A stretch of 64,000 bases of DNA from Chiloscyllium plagiosum (GCF_004010195.1 NC_057739.1:44357486-44421485), one strand, 5' to 3'; positions 48,844-63,557 are shown, counted from the first letter of the stretch. Numbers and translations are program-made. Notes: generated by a model from the letters alone, not told the origin.

Positions 48844-50097
48844 AGTACATATTAATTGGAGAAAATGTTTGTATTCTGTAATATATTCAGGTCTGAAAGT
48901 AAGGGCTGATTAATGTAATCTTTCCATAGTTTTGGTGGGTCATGGAGACATGATGGCTGTGATGTTATTGTTCTGAATAGGTTCGTGGTTTTTGATATTT
49001 ATTCAGAGGTAGCTTTTGATGTAAGTAGGTCTGATAAGGGTTGAAGGTGTAAAGGAGCAGTAAGGGATTTGGAAGTATTGCTTTAATTTTAGTCTATCTT
49101 GCAGTAGTAAAATATACTACAGAACTGTGGTTTTATGAACGAATAAATGAAACCATGTTACAGTAATAACAGGTTAGTAAAGGGAGTATGAATGAATGAA
49201 CGAACGAGGACCCAGTATTGGTGCATATAGTGAGCTGGTGAGTGAGTTAATAAAGGTAACCTATACAACACTTTCTCACACTTAGAAGGGAGGAAGTTTC
49301 TGAAAAAGGACGAAATTTGAAATTAGAGTTAAAAGTTGATTGGGGTCATCTAATTTTTGATTTTCTTTGCTTGGAATGAGAAGATTGTGTTTTGAAGCGA
49401 TCATGTTTCGTTGTGTAAGAACTTTTGAAAAATTAACTTAAAATAGTTGCATAGCTACTAAATCATATCTAATAGAATAACAGTTGACAATAGACAATAT
49501 ATGTAATGTGATGCATTTAAGGGTTACAGTTTGTTTGTGGTAACTCTCAATGTTTTAGATCAACCAAATGTTATTGCTTACCTTCTATGAGGACTCACCT
49601 GGCCTTTGTTCTGTTTTTTGACAGTCATTCAGCAGTGTTGGAAAAGTTTCAGTACACCATGCTACCATATATCAGCACTGTAATATTTCTTTTGTCACTA
49701 TGCTCTTTTTTTTCTCATGCCAGAGTCTGATCTGCGAAAGTGATGTTGTGACATGGAGACAGAGTCAAATCAAATCAGCCTTTCTACCTATATATTTGTA
49801 ACACAGTAAACCATTTGAAGATGCACAGTAGTTATTTCAATGATTCCTAATCAGACTTCTGAATAGCCAACCCAGACTTAATGGATAATTTCTTAGTATG
49901 ACTATGAAAAAATAGTAATTAATGAATAATTTGTATCTTAAACAAAAGACTTAATAATTTACTAAATAGACAACTTTAGCAGGAAAAATTAAACTAGATA
50001 ATCTAATAAATTTGTATGTGTTAAACCCAAGTCTCATAATCAGACAAAGAAGCACAGATAAGTAGTAAATAAAAGAAATAACAAATCTCGACGTATT

Positions 50098-51385
50098 ATA
50101 GAGTCACATTGAAATGTACAACACGGAAATAGACCCATCAGTCCACCTCGTCCATGCCGATCAGATATCCCAACACAATCTAGTCCCACCTGCCAGCACC
50201 TAGCCCATATCCCTCCAAACCCTTCCTGTTCATATACCCATTCAGATGCCTCTTAAATGTTGTAATTGTACTGGTCTCCACCAGTTCCTCTAGCAGCTCA
50301 TTCCATACACTCACCACTCTGCATGAAAAGGTTGCCCCTTAGGTCTCTAATATTTTTCCCCCCCTCCCCTTTCACCCTAAACCTATGCCCTTTAATTCTG
50401 GACTCCTTGTGGCACTCCACTGATCACAGGCCTCCAGCCTGAAAAATGACCCCTGTCTTCTACCTTTGAGCCAGTTCTATATCCAAGTGGCTAGTTCTCC
50501 CTGTACACCATGAGACCTAACCTTGCTAACCAGTATCCCATGAGGAACCTTGTCAAATGCCTTACTGAAGTCCATGTAGATAATGTCTACCAATCCTCTT
50601 TGTTACTATTTCAAAAAACTCAATCAAATTTGTGAGACATGATTTTCCACGCACAAAACCATGCTGACTATCCCTAATCAGTCCTTGCCTTTCCAAATAC
50701 ATGTACATCCTGTCCTCGATTCCCTCCAACAACATGCCCACCACCAACATCCGGCTCATCAGTCTATAGTTCTCTGGCTTGTCCTTACCATCTTTCTTAA
50801 ACAGTGGCACCATGTTAGCCAACCTCCAGTCTTCTGACACCTCACCTGTGACTGCCGATGATACAAATATCTCAGGAAGAGGCCCAGCAATCACTTCCTT
50901 AACTTCCCACAGTCTAGAGTATAACTGATCAGGTCCTGGGTATTTATCCACTTTTGTGTTTCAAGATATCCAGTACTTCCTCTTCTGAAATATGTACATT
51001 TTTCAAGATATCACTATCTATTTCACTATGTTCTATATCTTGCATGTCCTTTTCCTCAGTAAACAGTGATGCAGAATACTCGTTTTAGTTTCTCCCCCAT
51101 TTCCTGCTTTTCCACATAAGCTGCCTTGCTGATCTTTGAGGGGCCCTATTTTCTCCCTAGTTACCCTTTTGTCCTTAGTGTATTTACAAAATCCCTTTGG
51201 ATTCTCCTTAATTCTATTTGCCAAAGCGCTCTCATGTCCCCTTTTTTTTTTGCCCTCCTGATTTCCCTCTTAAATGTACACCTACAGCCTTTATACTCTT
51301 CTAAGGATTTACTCGATCTAGCCTGTATGCCTGACATATGCTTCCTTCTTTTTCTTAAACAAACCCTCAATTTCTTTAGTCATCT
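50098..51385 (-). mobile_element. CR1/HER1 fragment with internal deletion
   Basis: ORF 50562..50951 KYPGPDQ...PLFKKDGKDKPENYR...SQHGFVRGKSCLTNLIEFF; the 3' end joins the RT region abruptly near 50405. Confidence 0.9.
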
Positions 51386-52282
51386 TCTTCAGGGGGTTTA
51401 GCTTGAATAAAGAAACCATGAGTAACAGAAGGAGGATTGGGATTGCATAGTATTTTTGGTCTTTTTTTTTAAACTATCCAGCTTGCTTTTGTTAATTACA
51501 GTAGCTACTGAATACAGGAAATGTGCAAAGGTATTTCAGTGGCGATAGGTTGGATGGGAGAGGATTATGTCGAGAAGGTATAGGTGGTCAGTCTCGTGGC
51601 AATTGGTGCCTTAGGGTTTAGTGATTTTTGGTATGAGTGCTCAATAATGCAATCTGTACAGTTCATGTTGAGAGGGGAACAGGCAAATGTTTCAAAGTAA
51701 CAGTTTTCGGTTGACGGAGCGGATGAGGTTTTGGAATTGTGCCATCTCATGATGAGTGGCATAGGATTATTGCTAAGATGACAATAAGGTCAAGAGTGAT
51801 GCTTGGCTACACAATATGAGCATTTAAATGCATTTCAGCTGGGTAGCTGCATTCATGACTTCCAATGGTATTATTACATGTTTTATTTATACAGTCACAT
51901 TGGAGTTTTAGCTGGCCTGAGATATCACAGAGGGCATAATATTCAGAAGAGATAACATTTAAGATAAATGAAGTATTTTTTCTCTGTGGGTACGGAATCT
52001 GTGGAATTCTTTGCAGAGGACTGTCAAGACTATGTCATGAAATATATTCCATGTGGAATTGAGGATGATCAGTTCAGCGGCTATCTAATTGAATTGCGGA
52101 ACTGGCTTGATGGACTGAATTCTGCTCCTATGTCTTATACCCTAACCCTGCTCTAAGCATACGTTCAATCACTGAAATAACCCTCTACTATCACCATCAT
52201 CTTCTTGCCTCTTGGCTAGTTTTGGATCCAACATGCCATTTTGTTTTGGATCTCTCAGGTTCTTAATTTATTAACTGATATG

Positions 52283-55200
52283 CCAGGTGGGACATGAAGA
52301 ATGGGTTACACCTGAACTGGAGGGACACAAATGTTCTAGGTGGGAGATTTGCTCATGTGATTTGGGAGGGTTTAAACTAGTTTGGCGGGGGGGGGTGTGG
52401 GAATCAAAGCCACATATGAGAGGGGGACAGTTGCAGATGGGGCAGTGACAGGATGTAGTGAATCTATCAGGAAGGTTTCTCATGCAATGAAACAAAGGAA
52501 TCATTCAAGTGTCTGCTTTAACACAAGGAGTGTCAGAAACAAGAGTGACTAACTTAGAGCATGTATCAGTACTTAGGGCTACGATGTTGTGGCCACAATG
52601 GAGATGTGGGTTTCACAGGGGCAGGAATGGTTGCTTGATGTTCCAGGGTTTAGAACATTTTAAAAAGAACAGGGAGGTTGGAAAAAGAGGGGATGTAGCA
52701 TTTCTAATCGGAGAGTGCATTGCAACTACAGAAACAAAGGTTATTGAGGAAGGTTTGTCTTCTAAGTCAGTATGGGTGGAAGTTAGGAACAGCATTGGGG
52801 ATTTTCTACAGACCCCCTAATAGCAGTAGAGAGATTGAAGAACTCCGAGGTGGGCAGATTTGGAAAAATGCAGATGTAGCAGGGTGGTTGTTATGGGTGA
52901 TTTCAACTTTCCCAATATCGACTGGAACCTCCTAAGTGCACATGGATTGGATGGAACCATTTTTGTCAGGTGGGTTCAGGAGGGTTTCCTTACTCGCTAT
53001 GTATTCAGACCGACGAGGGGAGAGGCCATTTTGGATTTGGTGCGCAGCAATGAGCCAAGACAGGTGTCAGATCTCGCAGTGGGAGAACACTTTGGCAACA
53101 GTGATCACAACTGCCTCACATTTACCATAGCCTTCGAGAGGGAAAGGAGCAGTTACGAAGGGAAGATATTTAAGTGTCACAATTTCCTTTTCCCCAATAT
53201 CAGACAGGAGTTGGGAAGTACAGACTGGGAGCAATTGTTCCACAGGGTACAGTAGATATGTAGAGACTATTTAAGGAGCAGTTATTGCGAGAGATGCACA
53301 AATTTGTTCCTCTGAGACTGGTAAGATTAAGGAACCTTGGATGATGAGAACAGAGGAGCTTCTTGTCAAAAGGAAGAAGGCAGCTCACGTAAGGTGGAGG
53401 AAGCAAGGATCTAGCAAGGCTTTAGAGGATTACAGGCTTGCTAGAGAGGAGCTCAAAAATTGACTGAGGACAGCCAGGAGGGGGCACAAAAAAGGCTTAG
53501 TAAGAGGGATTAGAGAGAACCCAAAGGCATTTTACTCATATATGAGGAATAAGAGAATGATCAGGGAGAAGGTAGGGACGATCAGGGATAGCAGAGGGAA
53601 CTTGTGCGTAGAGTCTGAGCAGATAGGGGAAGCCCTAAATGAGTTTTCTTTTTTGCTTCAGTTTTCACTAAGGAAAGGGACCTTGTTGTGAATGAAAATT
53701 TTGAGGAGCTGGGGTACAGACTTGACCAGATCAAGATTGATGAAGTCGATGTGCTGGAAAGTTTGCAAAAACATTAAGATCGATAATCCCCAGGGCCAGA
53801 CCAGATTTATCATAGGCTGCTCTGGGAAGCGAGAAAGGAGGTTGCTAAGCCGCTGGCGATGATCTTTGCCTCCTCACTCTCCATGGGAGTTGTACCGGAG
53901 GATTGGAAGGAGGCAAATGTTGTTCCTCTTTTCAAGGGCAATAGGGAAATCCTTGGCAATTGCAGACCAGTCAATCTTACATCTGTGGTCAGCAAAGTTT
54001 TGGAAAGATATGAGGGATAAGATTTAATGACTATTTGGCAAAGTATTGTGTGATTAAAGGCAGTCAGCATGGCTTTGGGAGGGACAGGTCATGCGCCTCA
54101 AATCTTATTGAATTCTTTGAGGAGGTGTCAAGACAGGTTGATGAAGGTCAAGCAGTTGGTGTGGTGTATGTGGACTTCAAGGTATTTGGTAAGGTTCCCT
54201 ATGGTAGGCTCATTCATAAAGTCAGGGAGTATGGGGTACAGGGACATTTGGCTATCTGGATTCAGAATTGGCTGGCTGACAGAAGGCAGAGTGTGGTTGT
54301 AGATGGAAAGTATTCTGCCTGGAGGTCAGTGTTGAGTGAGGTCCCGCAGGGCTCAGTACTTGGGCCTCTGCTCTTTGTAGTTTTTATAAATGACTTGGAT
54401 GAGGACATTGAGGGGCGGGTTAGTAAATTTGCAGATGACACAAAGGTTGGAGGTACCATCGATAGTATCGAGGGCTATTGCAGGCTGCAGCGCAACATAG
54501 GATGCAGCGCTGGGCTGTGAAATGGCAGATGGAGTTCAACCTGGATAAATGCGAAGTGATGCATTTCGGAAGGTCAAGGTCGAACTCGAATGCTGAATAT
54601 AGGATTAAAGACAGGATTCTTGGCAGTGTGGAGGAACAGAGGGATCTGGGTGTGCAGTACATCCCTCAAAGTTGCCACCCAAGTTGATAGGGTTGTTAAG
54701 AAAGCATGTGGTGTCTTGGCTTTCATTAATACGGGTATCGAGTTTAAGAGCTGCAAGGTTTTGCTGCAGCTCGACAATTCCCTGATGAGATCACACTTGG
54801 AATATTGTGTCCAGTTCTGGTCACCCTACTATAGGAAACATACAGAGGCTTTGGAGAGGATGCAAAGAAGGTTTACCAGGATGTTGTCTGGACTGGAGGG
54901 CTTGTCTTATGAAGAAAGGTTGAATAAGCTCGGACTTCTCTCTGGAGAGAAGAGACCTGATTGAGGTATACAAGATAACGAGAGGAATAGATAGAGTCCA
55001 TAGAGTCATAGAGATGTACAGCATGGAAACAGACCCTTCCATCCAACCCGTCCATACTGACCAGATATCCCAACCCAATCTAGTCCCACCTGCCAGCACC
55101 CGGCCCATATCCCTCCAAAGCCTTCCTATTCATATACCTATCCAAATGCCTCTTAAATGTTGCAATTGTACCAGCCTCCACCACATCCTTTGGCAGCTCA

Positions 55201-56890
55201 TTCCATACACGTACCACCCTCTGCGTGAAAATGTTGCCCCTTGGGTCTCTCTTATATCTTACCCCTCGCACCCTAAACCTATGCCCTCTAGTTCTGGACT
55301 CCCTGACCCCAGGGAAAAGAGTTTGCCTATTTATCATAATTTTGTAAACCTCTATAAGGTCATCTCTCAGCCTCCGGCACTCCAGGGAAAATAGCCCCAG
55401 CCTGTTCAGCCTCTCCCTGTAGCTCAGATCCTCCAACCCTGGCAACATCCTTTTAAATCTTTTCTGATCCCTTTCAAGTTCCACAACATCTTTCCGATAG
55501 GAAGGAGACCAGAATTGCATGCAATATTCCAACAGTGGCCTAACCAATGTCCTGTACAGCCGCAACTCCTGTACCCAACTCCTGTACTCAATACTCTGAC
55601 CAATAAAGGAAAGCATACCAAACGCCTTCTTCACTATCTAATCTGAGGTAACCCTCTTTGCTGTCCACTACACCTCCAATTTTGGTGTCATCTGCAAACT
55701 TACTAACTGTACCTCCTTATGCTCGCATCCAAATCATTTATGTAAATGACAAAAAGTAGAGGGCCCAGCACTGATCCTTGTGGCACTCCACTGGTCACAG
55801 GCCTCCAATCTGAAAAACTACCCTCCACTACCTTTGTCTTCTACCTTTGAGCCAGTTCTGTATCCAAATGGCTAGTTCTCCCTGTATTCCATGAGATCTA
55901 ACCTTGCTAATCAGTCTCCCATGGGGAATGCCTTACTGAAGTCCATCTAGATCACATCTACTATTCCGCTCTCATCAATCTTCTTTGAGTTTTTATGAAG
56001 TAGTAACAATCACATTTGAGAGACATGATTTCCCACTCACAAAGCCATATTGACTATCCCTAATCAGTCCTTGCCTTTCCAAATATATGTACATCCTATT
56101 CCCTCCAACAACTTGCCCACAACTGAGGTCAGGCTCACCGGTCTATAGTTTCCTGGCTTGTCTTTACCACCCTTAAACAGTGGCACCATGTTTGCCAACC
56201 TCCAGTCTTCTGGCACCTCACCTGTGACTATCGATGATACAAATATCTCAGCAAGAGGCCCAGCAATCACTTCTCTAGTTTCCCACAGAGTTCTCAGGTA
56301 CACCTGACCAGGTCCTGGGGATTTATCCACTTTTAACTGTTTCAAGACATCCAGCACTTTCTCCTCTGTAATCTGGACATTTTGCAAGATGTCACCATCT
56401 ATTTCCCTACAGTCTATATCTTCCATATCCTTTTCCACAGTAAATACTGATGCAAGATATTCATTTAGTATCTCCCCCATTTTCTGTGGCTCCACACAAA
56501 GGCCGCCTTGCTGATCTTTGAGGGGCCCTATTCTCTCCCTAGTTACCCTTTTGTCCTTTGATATATTTGTAAAATAGCCAGAGACTTTTCCCCAGGGCAG
56601 GATTGACTGGTACGAGTGGTCATAGTTTTAAGATATTAAGAGAAATGTATAGAGGAGATGCCAGATGTAGGTACTTTACGCAGAGAGTTGTGAATGCATG
56701 GAATGCAATACCAGTGATGGTGGTGGAAGCAGAGTCATTAGGGACATTTAAGCAACTGCCAGACGTGCACATGGATAGCAGAGAGTTGAGGGGTGAGTAA
56801 GTTAAGTTATTATATTTTACATTAGGATTAAACTTCAGCTCAATATCATGGGCCTAAAAGCCGGTTCTGTGTCGTACTTTTCTATGTACT
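52283..56890 (+). mobile_element. Long CR1 LINE of a second subfamily, interrupted at about 54992-56575
   Basis: Endonuclease motifs IFYRPP, VMGDFNFPNIDW, LDLV, SDHN; RT motifs [30 protein letters not shown]. The 3' end resumes at about 56576 (TSGHSFKI..FTQRVVNAWNAIP). Confidence 0.92.
54993..56575 (-). mobile_element. CR1/HER1 copy inserted antisense into the plus-strand CR1
   Basis: ORFs 55080..55634 and 56064..56495 are very similar to the 5881-8232 copy; tail catagagtcatagagatg at the junction. Confidence 0.92.
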
Positions 56891-56967
56891 TTGAGGGACC
56901 TTAGCAAAATCTTTTGCTCAAAGTTCAGGTAGACCACATCAAATGTCTTGCACTCATCAGGCCTTCC

Positions 56968-57196
56968 CGTCTCAGGCGACTGACTGTGTGGAGTTTGCAC
57001 GTTCTCCCTGTGTCTGCGTGGGTTTCCTCCCACAGTCCAAAGATGTGCAGGTCAGGTGAATTGGCCATGCTAAATTGCCCGCAATGTTAGGTAAGGGGTA
57101 AATGTAGGGGTATGGGTGGGTTGCGCTTCAGCGGGTTGGTGTGGACTTGTTGGGCCGAAGGGCCTGTATCCACACTGTAATGTAATCTAATCTAAT
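56968..57196 (+). mobile_element. 5'-truncated HE1-like V-SINE
   Basis: gactgtgtggagtttgcacgttctccc...gggcctgtatccacactgtaa(tgtaatctaatctaatc). Confidence 0.88.
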
Positions 57197-58731
57197 CAAC
57201 ATTCCTCATTATCTCTTAAAAATTTGATTAAATTGATCAAATGTGACCTTCTCTAACAGATCCCTGCTGACCCTTCCTGATTTCACTTGGAGGATATCGA
57301 TCAGATATATTCCATCCCTCTGAAGTCTTTCTAATAACTTCACTACTGTGATTAAACTGACTGATCTATATTTCCCTTGTCTATCCCCTCCACCATTTTT
57401 AAATAATGCGACAAAGTAAGCAGTCCTCTTTGCTAAACTCACTATTTTCCTAATCTAGATGTGTTTCCTCTGCTTTCCAGAGTTGTTTATTCACGTTTTA
57501 ACTTCGCATTCCATCTGTTTCTTTCCCCTCTGATTTACTTGACAGGATCCTATTCCCTGTTAATCCTAGTTTAAATTCGCTCGAAGAGCTTAAGCAGATC
57601 TATGAGGATGTTGATCACATCCCAGTTCAGACATAGCCTGACCAACTTGTATTGTTCCCACTTCCCTCAGAAACATCCCCTGCCTTCAGAATCTAAAGCC
57701 CTCTCTATTGCACCATCTCTGCAGCCATCTCTCCAGCTATAATGTCTTAGACTCACTAAGGTGTGTTACAAGTTCTGCTTTTCAATTTCCTGCTTAATTC
57801 CTTCACGTCTGCTTGCAGGACCTCATTTCTCAAGTCTTTATCGTCTCCATGTGGACCACCACCTGTGCCTGTTGATCCTCTTCCTTCAGAATGCCCTGCA
57901 GCTGCTCTGTTGCATCCTTGACCGAGGCAACAATACTTGAGTCACATCTAGGACCACAGAATATCTGTCTACTCACTCACATTCCATATCATTATTGACC
58001 TTAAACAATCACTCAGTCATTTACTTTCTCCCTCACAGGTGAGCCACCCACAATGCCACACCCTTGCCTCTGACTGCCTGGTGTCCACAGAGATGACATC
58101 ACACTCACCACTTTTCAAGGTTGACAAAACCTGCAGAGGAGATGCTCTCAGAGTTCCCTTATTATTTGCCTGGTCCCTCCTTCAGTTTGGCAATCACCCA
58201 TTCCTCCTCAGCCTGTATTTCGTTATTCTGCAGGGTGACCACATCCTGAAATCCCACAAACTCCAGATTGCTCTGGGTCAAAAACCTGGAGTTCAAGTTC
58301 CTCCAGCCAGTGGCACCTCCTGCATACGTGGGTCATCAGACTACCAGCAGCATCAAGGATTTCCTGCATAATGCAGGATTTGCCTGAACTCCTAGACACA
58401 TCTCAACTGAATAAAATACAAACATTTTGTTTTATTTTACCCTATTGTTACTTTAGTACAGTATAGACTATTAAACCTTATTCTTGTTGGGTCCCAATCA
58501 GATCAGTCTTTGATCTTTCTGCTTTTCTGTGAGGGTCCTCACCTCACTTGCTCTGCTGCAATGCTGACTACTGTCACAGGTCTTCACCTGCTCTTTTGAA
58601 TATTTTTTCTGCTTCTGCTAAAGAAAATGATCCAAGAAAAATGATTTATTTTATGTCTGATTTCCTTAATGGAAATTGCTTCCTCTTTGAACAAATTGCT
58701 TAAAAATAAACTGAACTGTGATTGTTTCCAG

Positions 58732-58861
58732 GATCGTAAAATGCTAGCAGCAGCGCAACAGATGTTACAAGCCAGCAAAATAAAGATTGATATAATCCGA
58801 ATGCAGATCCTAAAAATAAATCACGCCATTGGACCATCTGAGGATAACAGTGACAGCATAG
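58732..58861 (+). CDS. PKN3: PKN3 exon 4 (HR1b, second half)
   Basis: ttccag|[43 protein letters not shown](G)|gtgggt. Confidence 0.92.
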
Positions 58862-59550
58862 GTGGGTGCCAGAAATAGGAAGCTTGCTGAAAATGTATCT
58901 ATATCACAGTTCCTGTTTGGCCTTTACTTGTAAATAATGTTTGCGAGTGTGCAGTCTGTGCACTCTGTTATTGGCTGTTATATCACTTCAATGGATGGCC
59001 CCTTGCCTCAACTTTTGCTTGTGCTGCTCTGAACCAATAGTTAAGAACTGTGCTACAGCAGCCCAAAACCTCATTCTGTGAGCATGTCACTGATTACTTA
59101 GCACAAGGGAGACTGTCAGCTCTGAGGCACAAGAGATGTAACTGCTTTCTCTCTGCATCGTGTCTGTAGACACACTGCACCAGTGATTTAAGCGCTATGA
59201 TCAAATGGCACTTTGACCGTTGCCAACTGAGAGGATTGAAAAGTAACTTTCTCACAACATCCAAATATCACTTTGTTAGCCCTTTTTAATATGATTTTTT
59301 TTTTCCATCCAATCTTTCTTGCATCCTGTGGGGATGCGTCTGATATCCACGCACCATTTTCCAACTTGCCTTGGTTAACTTGTGTTTGTTATATTAGCCA
59401 TGCAGTTTAGCTGTTGGCTGTCATCTTTACCTAATATCTTTTTATAAGTAGATTATTTTAAAAATACAAGTTTTAGCCACTCCAAGAAACCATATCTTAC
59501 TGCTGAGACTGTTTGACCTCACTTTCTACTTTTTTTGGGTTGCAACAAAG

Positions 59551-59690
59551 GAATCATCAGTCCTTTGGAGCTGCGAATTGAAGAATTGAGACACCATCTC
59601 TGGGTTGAGTCTGCAATAGCAGAAGGTGCAAAAAATGCAGTGAAGTTGCTGGAAGGAAGGAGAATCCAGGACAAGAAAGTTCTTTTTGAG
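59551..59690 (+). CDS. PKN3: PKN3 exon 5 (HR1c, first half); not in the ORF track
   Basis: acaaag|(G)[46 protein letters not shown]|gtatgt. Confidence 0.9.
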
Positions 59691-62049
59691 GTATGTTGAA
59701 GCTAATATGGGATAATAGCACAATTTATGCTAAATGAGTGAGACTGAGGAAACCTACCAAAATTGATTTCTAATTTAATTATGGAAAAACAGGTTACATT
59801 TGGTAAAATACTGCATTCGCTGGAAATACTGAAAAAGCTTTAAAAGTCAGAATTACTGAAGATTCTCAGCAAGTCGGGCAGTATCTGGAGAAAGAAAAGG
59901 CAAAAAAAAATTGTTAATCTTTCAGCTTGATGTCCTTTTTCATCAGAACTGGACAAGTAAAAGTTTTTAAGTACATGTAGATTCTGAGGAAAAAGGGTTG
60001 GGAGGTGAAGTTAAAACAAAGGAGGAAGAGCATTAATGGGACAGAAGTCAGGATTCAGTAAATGATAAAGGGGTTGATTGTGTAAGACTAAAAGGAGATG
60101 GTAATGGGACATGTAAAAGAAAAGACAGTCGAGAGGAGGTGGATTAGGGACCCGGTTCAGAGTGAGAAAATGGGGGTAGTAGTTATGGTCTGACATTGCT
60201 CAACTGAATATTGAATTTGGAAGGATTTAAAGTACCTAATTGAAAAACTCAATGCAACTTCTCAAATTTCCAATGAATTTATTTGAAATCATGTAGAAGA
60301 CTGGAGACCAGGGTGGGAATGGGACGGCAACTAATCCAAAGCAATGTTCTGGGGGCATAGGTTTGCATCCTATCATGTCAAATGATGAAATTTAAATTCA
60401 ATGTATAGTTTAAAAAGGCAACTATTGTTGATTGTCATAAATCCATCTAATTCTCAATGTCCTTTTTAGGAAAGGAAATTGCCAATTTTACCCAGACCCA
60501 TGGCAATATGGTTGATTTTTAACTGCCCTCTGAAATAGCATAGCAAGCCACTTAGTTCAAGAGTAATTAGGGATGGTCAACAAATGCTTGCCCAGCCAGT
60601 GATGCCTATATCCCATGCACAATTAAAATTTCAGGCTTATGCTTCCAGAGTGAAGAGATGCAGAGAAAAATGGCCCATTTGGTCTCTACAGTTACTATAT
60701 TGTCAGTAATGGATACAGTATATTGATAGAAGTAGAAGTAAATCTCAGTTGAATCTGGAATAAGTGTTTCCTTCTGGATGTTAGAAGGGGAAAAGTTGAA
60801 AATATAGGTTGCATCTTTAGGACATTTTAAAGGAGGATGACAAAGGAAGTGTCGTGGGTGATGGAAGAGCAGATGAAGGTGTGTGGAGCAAATAGTCCCT
60901 TTTTTTACATTTGGTATTCAGTGAAGAAAATCTGGTCTTGTGAATATGCAAAAACAAAAGCTAATGCATCTTAATTCTTTAATTTTTTTAAATCTCAATC
61001 TGAGAAAAAATTTTGTTTTAAATTGACTTTGTGATTTGAATTTTGAAATGTTGTATACTTGATCTATATAAAGTGCTCAATTTCATTTTATTTGGGGTTT
61101 AAAAGCTTATGATTTAATGATCTAGATCATAAATGTATGGGATATCTTTTGCAAACCTTTTGTTATATGCTTATGGGAATGAAGAATTTGCACTTGTGTA
61201 GCTTCCTATCTCAAAAGATATCTCAAAGCCATTAATTATTTACTGTATATGCTTTTGCACAGTCCAGTCTGACAAATTGCAGTTAGATGACAATAATGTT
61301 GCTTTGAGGAATACTGTGAAAATTTATCTGCTTTTTTGAGTTAAGTCAGGGGAGACCTAATGCCTACTTACTTTGGGGCCTTCAATTTAGGATTAAAGAA
61401 AATGCAGCATCTGTGTTAATAAAATTCTGATCCCTGATTTTCTCTCTCCTCTTGAACACTTTTTTTCTTTCTCTAGCTTGTTTTAAATATGTGCCCACCA
61501 GTTTCCTGTTCCCCATTGCAGCCATTTCAAATTGTTCCCATCATTTATTTGCCCATCCTTGCCTTCTCCAGCCATACATTGTACTGTTAGATCCTCCAAC
61601 TCCAGCCTATTGTTTCACCTCTTTTCTCCCTCTACTTCATAACTGGTGTCTAATTTACAACACTTTAGGTCCTATTGTAAGGAATTCCTTTTCAACTTGT
61701 CATTTTATCATCTTTTTATAAAGACACCTGAAAACCCATCTTATGGGCCATGCTTTTGCTCCTTTTGCTTTTCCTTTGATATGCCTTAGGATATCACTAC
61801 GCCTGAAAATATTATGGACACTTGCTGGCTACGCTTAAACATGCAGAATAAATGGTTCTTTGGCAAGGCACCAGAAAGCTATGTGTTTGTGGAATCATAT
61901 CTCAGCGTGAATTTGTCTTCAGGAAGAAGGGAAAATTGGGAAGAAAAAGTTTATTCACATGTCTCATTATGACGTTTCAAAAGTAACATGATCTTACAAT
62001 GTGAACAAATATTTTTTCAAGAATAAAATTGATTTGCATTTGATACTAG

Positions 62050-62257
62050 GCACAGTCGCAATTGCAGGAGTCAGTCCAGAAAATGGATCTGCTTCGCATG
62101 TCACTAGAGTGCTATCTGAGTGAGCTCCCTCATGGTCACCCAAAACATGAAGTTATCAAAGAAGAGCTGGAAATGGTGAATTCTCCCTCAGCAGCACTAA
62201 CTAGTGTTGGAGCATCGTACCTCTCTGCAGCCTTTATCAAATCAGCTGCACTTACAG
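62050..62257 (+). CDS. PKN3: PKN3 exon 6
   Basis: tactag|AQSQLQESVQKMDLLRMSLECYLSELPHGHPK...IKSAALT(G)|gtagaa. Confidence 0.92.
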
Positions 62258-62339
62258 GTAGAATTTGTTTCTTTTTAAAATGTAATTGTTAGACAAAGAT
62301 GTTAACTGATTAATTAATATAGTAACATTACAAGTCTCT

Positions 62340-62900
62340 ACCAGCAAGACAAACTTGATTGAATTTTTGAGTAAGTAACCAAGAAGATGGAGGGAAGAGC
62401 AGTAGACTTTGTTTACCTGGACTTTAGTAAAACCTTTGACAAGGTTCCACATGGTAGACTAATTAGTAAAGTTAGACTCAGTTGGATTCAAGGTAACCTT
62501 GCCAATTGGATATAAAATTAGCTTAACAGCTGGAGACAGAGAATGATTGATTGTGGAGAGTTGTTTTATGCACTGGGAGCCTGTGATCAGTGGTGTTCCA
62601 CAGGGATTGGTGCTGGGTCCACTTTTGTTTGTCACTTAGATAAATGATTGAGATATAGAAGGCATAGTTAATAAGTTTGCAGATGACACCACGATTGGTG
62701 GTATAGTGGACAGTGAAGAAGGTTATCTAAGATTACAAGGAGATCTTGTTCTTTTTGGGCTGAACAGTGCCAGATGAAGTTTAATTTGGATAAATAGGAG
62801 GTATTGCATTTTGGTAAAGCAAGAAAGGGCAGGTCTGGTATAATTAAAGTAGGGCCTTGGATAATGTTGTAGAGCAGAGCCACCCAGGGGTTTAGGTGCA
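62340..62900 (+). mobile_element. Decayed CR1 RT fragment
   Basis: tacctggactttagtaaaacctttgacaaggttccacatgg, ggtgttccacaggga and aagtttgcagatgacacc. Confidence 0.85.
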
Positions 62901-62982
62901 AAAGCATTAGTATCCTGCCCAGTATGTGTAATGTCTGTGTTTCAATTTTATACAAATCTTCCCTTATTTCTTAATTTGGCAG

Positions 62983-63165
62983 GTACATTGGAAATAAAGT
63001 TAATAGGATGCCAGCACCTCCTTGAAAATGTCCCTGGTCGCTCATGCGTAATGAATGCATCACCCAGTCCAGGAACTCCTCTATCATCTGTTAAGTCACG
63101 ATCAGGGATGAATATTCATAGACGAAATACAGCGCGTCGTTACTTAAAATCAGAGGAACGAAGTA
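62983..63165 (+). CDS. PKN3: PKN3 exon 7 (C2-like domain start)
   Basis: tggcag|(G)TLEIKLIGCQHLLENVPGRS...KSEERS|gtgagt. Confidence 0.92.
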
Positions 63166-63447
63166 GTGAGTATTGAATTATTGACACGAGTTTGGAAACT
63201 AAGATCTTTTTGTGTTGGAATGAAATTTATATTCCTATGTTGGGTATGTGTGCACTACCCAAGTCCAAGTAGGTATTCTGCTCCCACACATCTGCCAGCC
63301 CTCCCTCTGCCTGGCTGATGTGGGGGTTGCTCAGTAGTCATTAATTTCAATAAACCTTTCCAGATACGTAACAATAAGAAGCAGCACTATTTGCAGGTTG
63401 TGAAAGATAGCTGGGGCTTGAGGTGACTGTTACTTTTGTTTTTGCAG

Positions 63448-63557
63448 CTGAAGCAAGTGCTGTTTTGAAACTGGACAATCGAATTGTGGGACAAACTCAT
63501 TGGTGTTCAGTGAAGAACCAAACGTGGGATCAGACCTTCAGCATTGAACTTGACAGG
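63448..63557 (+). CDS. PKN3: PKN3 exon 8 (C2-like domain); gene continues beyond the window
   Basis: ttgcag|(T)[36 protein letters not shown]|gtatac. Confidence 0.92.
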
